Shown: positions 48,895-61,599, counted from the first letter of the stretch. The stretch is DNA of 64,000 bases from Mobula hypostoma (GCF_963921235.1 NC_086108.1:2604001-2668000), one strand, 5' to 3'. Program-made: numbers and translations. Notes: generated by a model from the letters alone, not told the origin.

Positions 48895-51300
48895 GTGGTT
48901 GGGGGCGCGGACGGGTGTGTCAGTGAGTGGGGGTGTGGAGGGGTGGGTTAGTGGGTGGCTGGGGGTTGGAGGGGTGGGTCAGTGGGTGGCTGGGGGTTGG
49001 AGGGGTGGGTTAGTGGGTGGCTGGGGGTTGGAGGGGTGGGTCAGTGGGTGGCTGGGGTTTGGAGGGTTGGGTCAGTGGGTGGCTGGGGGTTGGAGGGGTG
49101 AGTCGGTGGGTGGTTGGGGTGTGGAGGGAGGGTTAGTGGGTCAGTGGGTGGCTGGGGGTTGGGGGGTGGGTCAGTGGGTGGCTGGGGGTTGGAGGGGTGG
49201 GTCAGTGGGTGGCTGGGGGTTGGAGGGGTGTGTCAGTGAGTGGGGGTGTGGAGGGGTGGGTCAGTGGGTGGTTGGGGGTCTGGAGGGGTGGGTCAGTGTG
49301 TGGTTGGGGGTGTGGAGGGTTCGGTTGGTGGGTGGCTGGGGGTTGGAGGGGTGGGTCAGAGTGTGGCTGGGGGTTGGAGGGGTGGGTCGGTGGGTGGTTG
49401 GGGTGTGGAGGGAGGGTTAATGGGTCAGTGGGTGGCTGGGGGTTGGAGGGGTGGGTCAGTGGGTGGCTGGGGGTTGGAGGGGTGGGTCAGTGGGTGGCTG
49501 GGGTTTGGTGGGTTGGGTCAGTGGGTGGCTGGGGGTTGGAGGGGTGAGTCGGTGGGTGGTTGGGGTGTGGAGGGAGGGTTAGTGGGTCAGTGGGTGGCTG
49601 GGGGTTGGGGGGTGGGTCAGTGGGTGGCTGGGGGTTGGAGGGGTGGGTCAGTGGGTGGCTGGGGGTTGGAGGGGTGTGTCAGTGAGTGGGGGTGTGGAGG
49701 GGTGGGTCAGTGGGTGGTTGGGGGTCTGGAGGGGTGGGTCAGTGTGTGGTTGGGGGTGTGGAGGGTTCGGTTGGTGGGTGGCTGGGGGTTGGAGGGGTGG
49801 GTCAGAGTGTGGCTGGGGGTTGGAGGGGTGGGTCGGTGGGTGGTTGGGGTGTGGAGGGAGGGTTAGTGGGTTAGTGGGTGGCTGGGGGTTGGAGGGGTGG
49901 GTCAGTGGGTGGCTGGGGGTTGGAGGGGTGGGTCTGTGTGGCTGGGGGTTGGAGGGGTGGGTCGGTGGGTGGTTGGGGTGTGGAGGGAGGGTTAGTGGGT
50001 TAGTGGGTGGCTGGGGGTTGGAGGGGTGGGTCGGTGGGTGGTTGGGGTGTGGAGGGTGGGTTAGTGGGTTAGTGGGTGGCTGGGGGTTGGGGGTGGGTCA
50101 GTGGGTGGCTGGGGGTTGGAGGGGTGGGTTAGTGGGTGGCTGAGGGTTGGAGGGGTGGGTCGGTGGGTGGTTGGGGTGTGGAGGGAGGGTTAGTGGGTTA
50201 GTGGGTGGCTGGGGGTTGGAGGGGTGGGTCAGTGGGTGGCTGGGGGTTGGAGGGGTGGGTCAGTGGGTGGCTGGGGGTTGGAGGGGTGGGTTGGTGGCTG
50301 GTTGGGGTGTGGAGGGAGGGTTAGTGGATTAGTGGGTGGCTGGGGGTTGGGGGGTGGGTCAGTGGGTGGCTGGGGGTTGGAGGGGTGGGTTAGTGGGTGG
50401 CTGGGGGTTGGAGGGGTGGGTCAGTGGGTGGCTGGGGTTTGGAGGGTTGGGTCAGTGGGTGGCTGGGGGTTGGAGGGGTGAGTCGGTGGTGGTTGGGGTG
50501 TGGAGGGAGGGTTAGTGGGTTAGTGGGTGGCTGGGGGTTGGAGGGGTGGGTCGGTGGGTGGTTGGGGTGTGGAGGGAGGGTTAGTGGGTTAGTGGGTGGC
50601 TGGGGGTTGGAGGGGTTGGTCGGTGGGTGGTTGGGGTGTGGAGGGAGGGTTAGTGGGTGGCTGGGGGTTGGAGGGGTGGGTTGGTGGGTGGTTGGGGTGT
50701 GGAGGTAGGGTTAGTGGGTGGCTGGGGGTTGGAGGGGTGGGTCAGTGGGTGGCTGGGGGTTGGAGGGGTGGGTCAGTGGGTGGCTGGGGGTTGGAGGGGT
50801 GGGTCAGTGGGTGGCTGGGGGTTGGAGGGGTGGGTTAGTGGGTGGCTGGGGGTTGGAGGGGTGGGTCAGTGGGTGGCTGGGGTTTGGAGGGTTGGGTCAG
50901 TGGGTGGCTGGGGGTTGGAGGGGTGAGTCGGTGGTGGTTGGGGTGTGGAGGGAGGGTTAGTGGGTTAGTGGGTGGCTGGGGGTTGGAGGGGTGTGTCGGT
51001 GGGTGGTTGGGGTGTGGAGGGAGGGTTAGTGGGTTAGTGGGTGGCTGGGGGTTGGAGGGGTTGGTGGGTGGGTGGTTGGGGTGTGGAGGGAGGGTTAGTG
51101 GGTGGCTGGGGGTTGGAGGGGTGGGTCAGTGGGTGGCTGGGGGTTGGAGGGGTGGGTTGGTGGGTGGTTGGGGTGTGGAGGGAGGGTTAGTGGGTGGCTG
51201 GGGGTTGGAGGGGTGGGTCAGTGGGTGGCTGGGGGTTGGAGGGGTGGGTCGGTGGGTGGTTGGGGTGTGGAGGGAGGGTTAGTGGGTTAGTGGGTGGAGG
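48895..51300 (+). repeat. G-rich minisatellite, about 31-bp unit (gggtcagtgggtggctgggggttggaggggt) with about 445-bp higher-order blocks
   Basis: Directly visible. Matching ORF starts are offset by 446 (49197/49643, 49240/49686) and 445 (50397/50842). Confidence 0.97.
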
Positions 51301-52245
51301 TGTTGAGCAGTTTCACTGCTCAGGGAATGTCGCTGCTGTTCAGTCTGGTGTGCTGGCGTGGATGCTTGGTCGCTTTCTCCCAGATGGGAGTATGCCGCAT
51401 AGTCCGTGAGCAGGGTGGGTGGGGTCCTTCATGAAGTTCCTGGCAGGTCAGGCAGATCTATAGAAATGAATAAACAGGTGATGTTCTGGGCCAAGATCCT
51501 CCTTTAGGAAGGGGGAAGATGCCAGAATAAAAAGTAGGGAGGGGAAGGAGGCAAGCGAAGGTGAAGCCAGGTGGGTGGGAAAGGTCAAGTGTTGGAGAAA
51601 AAAGAATGGGATAGGAGAGGAGAGTGGACCACGAGGAAAGGGAAGGAGCAGGGGGCCCAGGTGAGGAAAAAGTGAGAGGAGAGGAGAGGAGAGTGGCGAA
51701 TAGAAAGGGGGGGGGGTAGAATTTTTTGTTTGTGTTACTTTGAATTTCCAGCATCTGCAGACTTTCTTGTGTTTGCGATGTTACTGGCCTTTTTGCAACA
51801 CCTTTCTGTATACACGTCCTTGATGTTGGGCAGGCTGGTGCCAGTGATGCATTGGGCAGTTCTGACTACCCATCGTAAAGGCTTCTTGTCTGCTGCAGTG
51901 CAGTTTCCATACCATGCAGTAACATATCATGTTAGGATGCTCTCTCCTGCACATCTGTGCAAAGTCCCGCTCCCTTCAGCGTCCTCAGAAAGTAGAGGCA
52001 TTGGTGAGCTTTCCTGATTGTGTAGAATGTGTTGTGCACCCTACGAGAGGTTGTGCAAGATGTGCGCTCCCAGGAGTTTGAAACACCGTGGTGTAGAAAG
52101 AGTGAGAGTCATAGAGTCAGAGTAAAGTAATGCAGAACATTCGCCCAACTTTTGCTGACCGAGATGTTTGTAAATGTATGAGGAGCATTTAATGGCCTGT
52201 ACTTACTGGAGTCTAGACTATCTCATTGAAATATTGAAAGGCCTA

Positions 52246-52856
52246 GATAGAGTGGATGTGGAGAGGATGTTTCCTATAGTGGGGGAGTCTAGGACCAGAG
52301 GACACAGATAGAGTGGGTGTGGAGAGGATGTTTCCTATAGTGGGGGAGTCTAGGACCAGAGGGCACAGATAGAGTGGATGTGGAGAGGATGTTTCCTGTA
52401 GCGGGGGAGTCTAGGACCAGAGGGCACAGATAGAGTGGATGTGGAGAGGATGTTTCCTATAGTGGGGGAGTCTAGGACCAGAGGACACAGATAGAGTGGG
52501 TGTGGAGAGGATGTTTCCTATAGTGGGGGAGTCTAGGACCAGAGGGCACAGATAGAGTGGATGTGGAGAGGATGTTTCCTGTAGCGGGGGAGTCTAGGAC
52601 CAGAGGGCACAGATAGAGTGGATGTGGAGAGGATGTTTCCTGTAGTGCGGGAGTCTAGGACCAGAGGACACATATAGAGTGGGTGTGGAGAGGATGTTTC
52701 CTATAGCGGGGGAGTCTAGGACCAGAGGGCACAGATAGAGTGGGTGTGGAGAGGATGTTTCCTATAGTGGGGGAGTCTAGGACCAGAGGGCACAGATAGA
52801 GTGGGTGTGGAGAGGATGTTTCCTGTAGTGCGGGAGTCTAGGACCAGAGGGGCACA
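52246..52856 (+). repeat. 61-bp CR1-derived tandem array, 10 copies
   Basis: Unit gatagagtggatgtggagaggatgtttcctatagtgggggagtctaggaccagaggacaca, embedded in a CR1 3' fragment. Confidence 0.95.
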
Positions 52857-53579
52857 ATCTCAGAGTACAAGGACGTCCCTTCAGAACGGAGATGAGGAAT
52901 TTCTTTAGCCAGAGGGGGGTCAATCTGTGGAATTCATTGCCGAAGACAGCTGCGGAGGGCAAGTAGTTGGGTGTATTTAAAGCGGAAGTTGACAAGTTCT
53001 TGATTAGTCAGCGTGTCAAAGGTCACGGGGAGGAGGCAAGAGAATGGGGTTGAGAGGGATAGTAAGTTAAGCATGACTAAAAGGCATTGTACAAGTATTT
53101 GGACAGGAGGGGTTTAGATGGACATTGTCCAAGTGGGCCTCACTTGGTGGACATGGTGAGTTGGGCTGAAGGGAGAATGTTGTGAACTCAGTCAGCTCCA
53201 GCATGGGCAGTAGTCTACACGGTGTCTAGGACATCTTCAAAAGGCAGCACCTGTCATTAAGGACCCCCACCACCTAGGACATGGCCTTTCAACAGTCGCT
53301 AGGGTTCGATGAGCACACCCCTCGTTCTTCTGAACTAGGTATTGAAATATACAGCTGCCACAAAACAACAAATTTCATGACAGGCAGTACTGTGCAATAG
53401 TCTTGGGTACATGTATATATACAGTTAAATGTATATTTTGCAGAGTTCTGTAGGTGAGTGAAACGAAACCTGGTTCTGTTTCCTTCCATGCTGTTTGGCT
53501 CTACCTCGATCTTCCTGGCATGACTCAGCTCCAGTTTGATTTTTGCAACATGGTGCCCTTGTTGTTCCCCTGTATAAGG

Positions 53580-55465
53580 GCATAAGGCATTGGGGTAGAA
53601 TTAAGACATTGGACCCATCAAGTCTGCTCTGCCATTTGATCATGGTTGATCCATTTTCCTCTCGACCTCATTCTCCTGTCTTCTCCCCAGAACCTTTCAC
53701 AACCTGACTTACCAAGAGACAATAAACCAATGACCTGGCCTCCAACAAATTCCACAGATTCCTCACCCTCTGGCTAAAGAAATTCCTCCTCACCTTTGTT
53801 CTAAATGGATGTCCCTCTATTCTGAGGCTTTGCCCTCGTGTTCTAGACTCCCCACACTATAGAAAACATCCTCTCCATGTCCACGCTATCTAGGCCTATC
53901 AACATTCGATAGGTTTCAATGAGGTCCCCCCTTATTCTTCTAAATTCCAGTGAGTACATGCCCAGAGCCACCAAATACTCCTCATTCTGTGAATCTCCTC
54001 TGGACCCTCTCCAATGCTGGCCTCTCCTTTTTTAGATAAGTGGCCCAAAACTGCTCACAATAGTCCACGTGAGACCTCATCAATGTATGAGATAATCATG
54101 GAGTTGTTCTCGGTCACTTTCCAATGTCTTCCAGATGCAACTGTGTTCAGTTTCCAAGCTTCTGCACCTACTGAGCTGCCACAGTTGTCACCCAGAGTAC
54201 CAGGGGTAGGTGCCTTGATCCTATCCTCTCCCTACCCTTCCTCAAACTCTAGAACATGGCATGATCAGCCCCAACCTCCATGGTCTCTTTCCTCCCCCTC
54301 CCACCACAACTGAATTTAGCCAGGGTCAAAGTAAAATTTATTATCAAAATAAATATGCATTACCATGAAATTACCTTGAGACTCTTGCAGGCATTACAGG
54401 AACATAGAGAACTACAATATAATTCATTAAAAATACGTAAAGATTGACAAACAACTAATATGCAAAAAAGGCAGATTTTAAAAGAAATAGTTTAAAAAAT
54501 AATAATACTGAGAACATGAGTTGTTTTAAAAAAAAAGTCATCCTTGAAAGTGAGTCCATAGGTTGTGTCATCAGGTCAGTGTTGTGGTGAGTGAAGTTAT
54601 TCATGTTGGTTCAGCAACTTGATATTTAGGATAATAACTGTAGCAGAATGTGGTGGTGTGGGATTTCAGCTTCTTGTGCCTCCTGCCCAATGGTAGTAGT
54701 GAAAAGAGACCATGATATGTTCTGGGTCCTTGATGAATCCACTGCTTTCTTGTGGGAGTGCTCCTTGTAAATGTGCTCAATGGTGGGAAGGGCTTTTCTT
54801 GTGAAGACCTGAGCTGTTTCTATGACTCAGTGGCTGAGCCCACTAGGGGATCAGCTATTCTGGACTGGGTGTTGAGGAGTGAACCGAATTTGATTAGAGA
54901 GCTTAAGGTAAAGGAACTCTTAGGAGGCAGTGAACAGAATTCACCCTGCAATTTGAGAAGGAGAATATATAGTCAGATGTATCAGTAATGCAGCGCAGAA
55001 AAGGGAATTAGAGGCATGAGAGAGAAGCTGGCCAGCATCAATTGGAAGGGAACACCAGCAGAGATGATGGCAATGCAGAAATTGCTGGAGTTTCTGGGAG
55101 CAATTCGGAAGGTTGAAAGGCCTTAATAGAGTGGATGTGGAGAGGATGTTTCCTATGGTGGGGGAGTCAAAGACCAGAGGACAGCCTCAGAATAGAGGGG
55201 GGCATCCACTTAGAACAGAGATGAGGAGCAATTTCTTTAGCCAGAGGGTGGTGAATCTGTGGAATTTGTCACTACAGGCAGCTGTGGAGGCCGAGTCATT
55301 GGGTATATTTAAGGCAGGGGTTGATAGAGTCTTGATTAGTCAGGGCATGGAGGGATTTGGGGAGAAGGTGGGAGACTGGGGCTGAGAGGAAAATGGATCA
55401 GCCATGATGAAATGACAGTGGAGACTCAATGGGCCAAATGGTTTAATTCTGCTCCTATATCTTAT
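53580..55465. mobile_element. Cluster of CR1 fragments (53580-54085 -, 54830-55465 +) and Rex1-like 3' UTR pieces
   Basis: ORF 55113-55385 RVDVERMFPMVGESKTRG...FFSQRVVNLWN and CR1 terminal motifs. Confidence 0.75.
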
Positions 55466-56544
55466 GGTCTTTTTGAGGCTTTTCTGTTCCTGGGCAGTGG
55501 TGTTTCCATACCAGGCTATGATGCAGCCAGTCAGGATACTCTCCACTAGGCGTCTGTGGAACTTTGTCAAAGCTTTCTGGGGTCATGTCGAATCTATGCA
55601 TACTTCTAAGAAAGTAGAGGTGCTGTTGTGCCTTCTTTGTGACAGCACCTAAAATGTGTGTTGTACCCAGGAGTTCAAAGTAAATTTTCTCATTTCATTT
55701 TCTTGTGGGCATTCACGGTAGAACAAAGAAATACAGTAGAATCAATGAAAAACTACACACAAAGACTAACAAACAATGAGCAAAGCAAGACAAACTGTGA
55801 AATACAGAACAAACCAATAATAATAAAAAATAAATAATACAGAGAACATTAAAATGTTCAAAACATACTTAGTTCCACCACAAGGGCAGTCTAGGAGGCA
55901 TTAGAATTTCAAACCAAATTTCTTTCCAAGTTAGAAACTAATTAACCATTCCTTGTTTAGTACATGGTCAATTTGGAAGAGCCATTTCTCTTGGATGTTA
56001 AAGGGATTCCATGGATCGGAATTTCAGGGGAGTATGAGTTGTCCCGATTACAGAGAGATGACCATTAGCTTTATTCGTCACCTGGACATTCAAAGCTACA
56101 GTGAGATGCGCTGGTGGCGTTGATGACACCAGAGTCCGAAGACTGTGCTGGCAGCAGCCCCTATGCGAGTGTCGTCACGCTTCCAGCAATGATGTAGCAC
56201 GGCCGCCGCAGTTTGGACAGTGGGAGGAATCAGAAGCAACCCGACAAAACGCGTGTGGTGATGGGGAGAAGGTACAAACTCCTTGCAGGTGCTGGCGGGA
56301 ATTGTATCCCAATCAATGGCGCTGTAAAGTGTTCGCTAACTGCTATGCCACCTCTCCGCCCAAGTCCCATGTGCCAAGGAGATCCCATGGCCAGTATTTC
56401 AGAAGAGTACGAGTTGACCTTCGTTACCCTAATGTTCAGTAACGATGACTGCACCAGCTATAAAATGCTTTGGGACATCCTGATGTCATGAAAGATGTGA
56501 AAGCCATATACATTCTTACAACTGCTTGACCCCTCTTGTTCCAG

Positions 56545-56662
56545 GATTATGTTGACTCCCATCCGCGTACCATCCTTCTGGATCCTTTGCCAGCCATGCA
56601 GAGACTCGCAGACCGTTTCCAGTCCTACAAGCTGATTCAGGAGCTGCAGAGCATGGACCAAG
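56545..56662 (+). CDS. ITPK1: ITPK1-like coding exon, 118 nt, DYVDSHPRTILLDPLPAMQRLADRFQSYKLIQELQSMDQ
   Basis: ttccag acceptor and AAG|gtgggt donor. Contains the ITPK1 motif HPxTIxLDPLPA...LxDRxxSY. Phase 0/1. Confidence 0.95.
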
Positions 56663-56730
56663 GTGGGTTCCACTGTGGTGAGGCCCAACACCACTGATCC
56701 CTGGGAGTGATTGCTGACCATTCTACCTCA

Positions 56731-56923
56731 CTCCCGGCCCTTGTTCCCCACACACACACTCCCCCTCTCCACACACCCGCAACTGTCTGTCCACAATTGG
56801 TCCTGATACTCCTGGCCCCTTGTTCCCCACACACATACCCCCTCTCCACACACCCACAACTGTCTGTCCACAAATGGTCCTGTCACTCCCGGCCCCTTGT
56901 TCCTCCCATGCCTCCCTCTGTGT

Positions 56924-56963
<40 letters not shown>

Positions 56964-57076
56964 CTCTCCACACACCCACAACTGTCTGTCCACAATTGGT
57001 CCTGATACTCCCGGCCCCTTGTTCCCCACACACACACCCACAACTGTCTGTCCGCACAAATGGCCCTGTCCTGTCA
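56731..57076. repeat. About 78-bp CA-rich tandem repeat (about 4 copies) with embedded (CA)n
   Basis: Unit ctcccggccccttgttccccacacac...caactgtctgtccaca..tggtcctg. (CA)n at about 56926-56960. Confidence 0.88.
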
Positions 57077-59673
57077 CTCCTGGATGAAACAGGAAGCCCG
57101 ACCATGAAACAGCAGTTCCCCAGCTGGTGTCCTTCCTCTGACCAATAAAAAGATTAGAAAGATATATATTCGCTTTATTTGTCACACGTACATCCAAAAC
57201 ATCAAAACTTACAGTGAAACGCGTCATTTTGCGTCAATGACCGACACAGTCCGAGGATGTGTTGGGGGCAGCCCGCAAGAGTCGCCCCTAGGGTCCCTCT
57301 GACTTTCACACAGTTCTGTATTTGTCAATGTGGAGCAGAGAGAGTTTGTAAATCTGGTGGGAGCAAAGGATTGTTGGGAATGGCGAGGGTGGAGTATCGC
57401 GGGAGGGGTGTGGGACAGGTGGCCGAGGAGGAGAGCTGGGGCGGAGGAGGGGGAGTGGCACGGGTGCGGAGACACCCAGCACTGAGACACCAGGAAAGGC
57501 TTTTGGTTTACTGATCATTACAGCATGTCCCTCTGGTGCTTCCCACACCCTCCCTTTTCCCTTCCCCTCTCCCAACCATGATTCCCCTCTCCCTGTCCCC
57601 TTCCTACTCTCAGTCCCCAATAGAGACCCAGATCAGAATCAGGTTTATCATCACTCACATACGTCATGAAACTTGTTCTTTTTGCAGCAGCAGTACAGTA
57701 CAATATGTAAAGTTACTACAGTACTGTGCAAAAGTCTTTGGCTCCCTGGCCCCCCCTCCCCCACCCCTCTCTATATCTATCTATTTATATGTGTGTGTAT
57801 GTGTGTGTGTGTGTGTATATGTATCAAAGACTTTTGCACATTATTGTATGTCTTTGAAATGTGGGAGGAACAACACTCCCAGAAGAAGCGCACCTGGTCA
57901 AGGGGAGAAGGTGTTGAACTCTGATCACTGGCACTGTAGAGTGTTACAGCAGCCATTGCACCACCTTGCGAATGTCACCAACGCTAAATCTGTCTGTGAT
58001 CCTTGGGTAACCTTTGGGTGAAAGTCGCTCGAACATTGTGCCCTTTTATGGTTGTACCTGTGACTGTGGGAACTGGTTTATTATGGTCGTGTTTGACCCT
58101 CAGTAGTTGTGGGGTTGAGCCCAAGAGCCACGAGGTAATGTTGTAGCTCTGTAAAACTCTGGTTAGACCACACTCGGAGTATTATCTTCCTTTCTAGTCT
58201 ACTCATTATAGGAAGGATGTGGAAGCTTTAGAGGGCTATACTTAAGAGGGAAGTTGATAGGTTCTTGATTATGAAAGATCATAAGACAGTGGAGAGCAAT
58301 TAGGCCACTTGGCCCATCGAGTCTGCTGTGCCATTTGATCGTAGTTGACTTATTCTCCACTCAACTCTATTTTCCTTCCTTCTCCACATCCTTATCTCCA
58401 TTCTAAAAGGACGCCCCTCTATTCTGAGGCTGTGCCCTCTGGTTGTAGATTCCCCCACCACAGGGAACATAATCTCCACATCCATATTGCCAGTGATACA
58501 AAACCTAATTCAGATTTTGGTATCTTTCACTAACAAATTCCCTCAAGTGAACAAGCAGGAATTCATTAACTGATGACAGAAGTCCAGTACCTGCAGGTAG
58601 TCCGACTGGACAGCTGCCATCAGGTGCTCCTTACTGAGCTCAAAGAGACGGTCGGGGCATGAAGGGTTACAGGGAGAAGAGGCTGGTAATTTTGTATACC
58701 TCTGTCAGGAGGAGTTTGACAGATCCCAGTCACCAGAGATGGCCAGAAACACCACGCCACTTCTGTGGGCCGGGTAAGTTTCTGGAGCAGAGGAGATGCC
58801 ACCGGCTGGGTGTGCTGGAAGCTGGAGATGAACTCTTGCAGGAAGAGTCAAATCCAGAAACCCCAACACTGTTCGGTCAGTTTCCTTTGGTGAGGGAGAC
58901 TAGGACCAGAGGGCTGAGGCTCAGAATAGGAGAACATCCATTTAGAACTGAGACGAGGAGGAATTTCTTTAGCTAGAATCTGTAGAATTCAATTCCACAG
59001 GTTGCCGTGGAAGCCAGCTCATTGGGTTTATTTAAGGCAGAGGTTGATAGATTCGTGATGAGTCAGAGCATGAAGGGATACGGGGGGGCGGGTGGCGGGG
59101 AGGCAGGAGATGGGGACTGAGAGGGAAATGGATCAGCCATGATGAAATGGTGGAGCAGATGCGATGGGCCAAATGGCCTAATTCTGCTCCTATATCTCAT
59201 GGTCTTATGGTGCAGAGGAGATTTGCCAGGACGCTGCCTGGATTAGAGAGCATGTCTTATGAGGATAGGTTGAATGAGCTAGGGAATTTCTCTTTGGGAG
59301 TGAAAGAGGAGGAGAATTGACTTGATAAGGGGCATAGCCAGAGACATTTTCCCAGGGTAGCAATGGTCAATACAAGAGGGCATAATTATATGGTGACTGG
59401 AGGAAAGTATAGGGCAGATGTCAGAGGAGGGTTTTTTACTCAGTGGTAAGTGTGTGGAACGTCCTGCCAAGGATAGATGTATGAGGAACATTTAAGAGAC
59501 ACTTAGATCAGCAGATAAATGATAGAAAAATAGAGGACGAAGCAAGAGGGAAGGGTTAGATTAATCTTGGAGTAGATTACAAGGTCGGCAACATCAAGAA
59601 ACTGAAGGGTCTCCACAGTTGTATGTTCTATAAAACCTGGGTAACGCCGTCTGTTTTTCATCTGCTCCCACAG

Positions 59674-59772
59674 GTAACCATTTCTGTAATCCTCCTTATC
59701 TGGAGCTGGAAACAGAAAACCAGAGTGAGATCCTGCGACAGATTAAAGAACAGAATTTGTCTTTTCCATTCA
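59674..59772 (+). CDS. ITPK1: ITPK1-like coding exon, 99 nt, GNHFCNPPYLELETENQSEILRQIKEQNLSFPF(I)
   Basis: cccacag acceptor and TCA|gtgagt donor. CxPPxxEL...LxFPF pattern of ITPK1. Phase 1/1, in frame with the previous exon. Confidence 0.92.
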
Positions 59773-61599
59773 GTGAGTGTATCCTCCCTCCTGTGCGTCC
59801 CCTCTCTCCTGTACGTCCCTTCTCCCACTTTGTCATCTCTCTCTCTCCCGTACGTGCCGTCTCTCCTGCCTTGTCATCTGCACAAGTACGTGATACAGAT
59901 GCAATGAAAAACTGACTTGCAGCAAAATCACAGGCACATAGCATCAGTGGTACAACATTCAAAGTACAAAGTAAATTTATTATTAAAATACATATGTGTT
60001 CAATAATTCAATTTAATATCAGAGAATGTATTCAACCTAAAATTCTTACTCCTCACAGACATCCACAAAGCAGAAAAACTCAGAATGAATGACAGAAACA
60101 TAAGAACCCCAAAGCCCTCCCCTTCCCCCTCGCCCTCCCACACACAAGCCGCAGCAGAAACGTCAACCCTCCCCCCTCGCCCCTCTTGCTCCAGTAAAAG
60201 CATCAACCCCCCCCCCCAGCACCCACAATGCAAGCAACAGCAAAGCCCCCCGAGACCATGTCCTCGAGTCTATCAAAAACTACTGTCCGTCCAACACTTT
60301 GACATCACAGACAGGCTCTCTCTCTCTCTAACGAGGGAAAAAGAGAGATGGCTCCTGCAGCAGCGAGCAGGGAGACCAACAGCTCGCTGTTTCGATGTTA
60401 CAATCTGCCGTGTCGTTTCTCCAAGTCCCCCGACGAGATTCTCACTCACCGTCAAGAGGGAGAGATCACTCGAGTGCAGGGGCCTCCTCCTGACAGCAGC
60501 GTACGCTGGCAGCAGTGGCGTGGAATTGGGTCACCCACAAGGCACACGTCTTCCAGGCTGCATTTGCAGATATTGAAATGCCAGGCTGCTCAGTGAGAAC
60601 CCATCACCCATAAAGAACTGTAGTTAAAGCTGCAGCTGTACCTCCCAGACTCCAACTGGACTTCAGCCAACTTGGAAAGAAAAGAGAGATGAGAAAAGAA
60701 GAATAAGTGTTTCTCAAACTAACTGGAAGAAATCGTCTGGGTCTGTAGATACCTCTGGCGCCATCTTATACAACCCCAAGATTCATTTCCTTGTGGGTAT
60801 ACTCAATAAATCTGCAGAATAATAACCATAACAGAATTAATGAAAGACCGCCCAACTAGGGTGTTCAACCAGAGTGCAGAAGACAACAAACTGTGCAAAT
60901 GAAAAAAGAAAGAAATAATAATGATAAATAAATAAGCAATAAGTATCGAGAACATGAGATGGAGTTCTTGAGAGTGAGTCCATTAGTTGTGGGAACATTT
61001 CAATAGTGGGACAAGTGAAGTTATCCCCCTTGGTTCAAGAGCCTGATGTTTGAGGTGTAATAACAGTTCCTGAGCTGGGTGGAGTGAGTCCTGAGGCTCC
61101 TGTACCTTCGCATGAAAAAAACAAATGATATTAAAATGAACACAATTAGGACAAAAAAAAGGCCATTACAGTACAAAGTGGCCATAGTTTTGCTGAAGAG
61201 AGGTAGTGGTTAGGGTTGTGCAGTTTGCTTCAAGAGCCAAATGGTTGAAGGGATGGAGCTATTCTTGAACCTAGTGGTGTAGGACTGTAAGGAAAGAGTT
61301 AACTTTGACTTTTCCTTGGTGTATGCTGACATATGTAACACAAAATGGAAGTTTGTAAGACAAAGTAGTCTGGGATGTAGGGATATTTTGAGAAAGTACA
61401 AGGGAACAAGTCAACGGCAATGTTTTGAGAACTTAATGTGAGCGCCAATCTACAGCCTTGAGAGCAGATAATGATGACAAACCATTATCTGGAAAAGTAC
61501 TGGAGTAAATATTGTTAGATTTTTTGAAGAGATCTTGAAGAATATAAAAAGAGACAATTTTTTTGTGCAAGGTGGAATCTTCTCTGAGGCTGGATCATG

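Noticed and set aside
48899..51409. Many Gly/Trp/Val-rich ORFs up to 208 aa
   Set aside because: They are translations of the G-rich minisatellite in several frames, with non-ATG starts and no splice or domain support.
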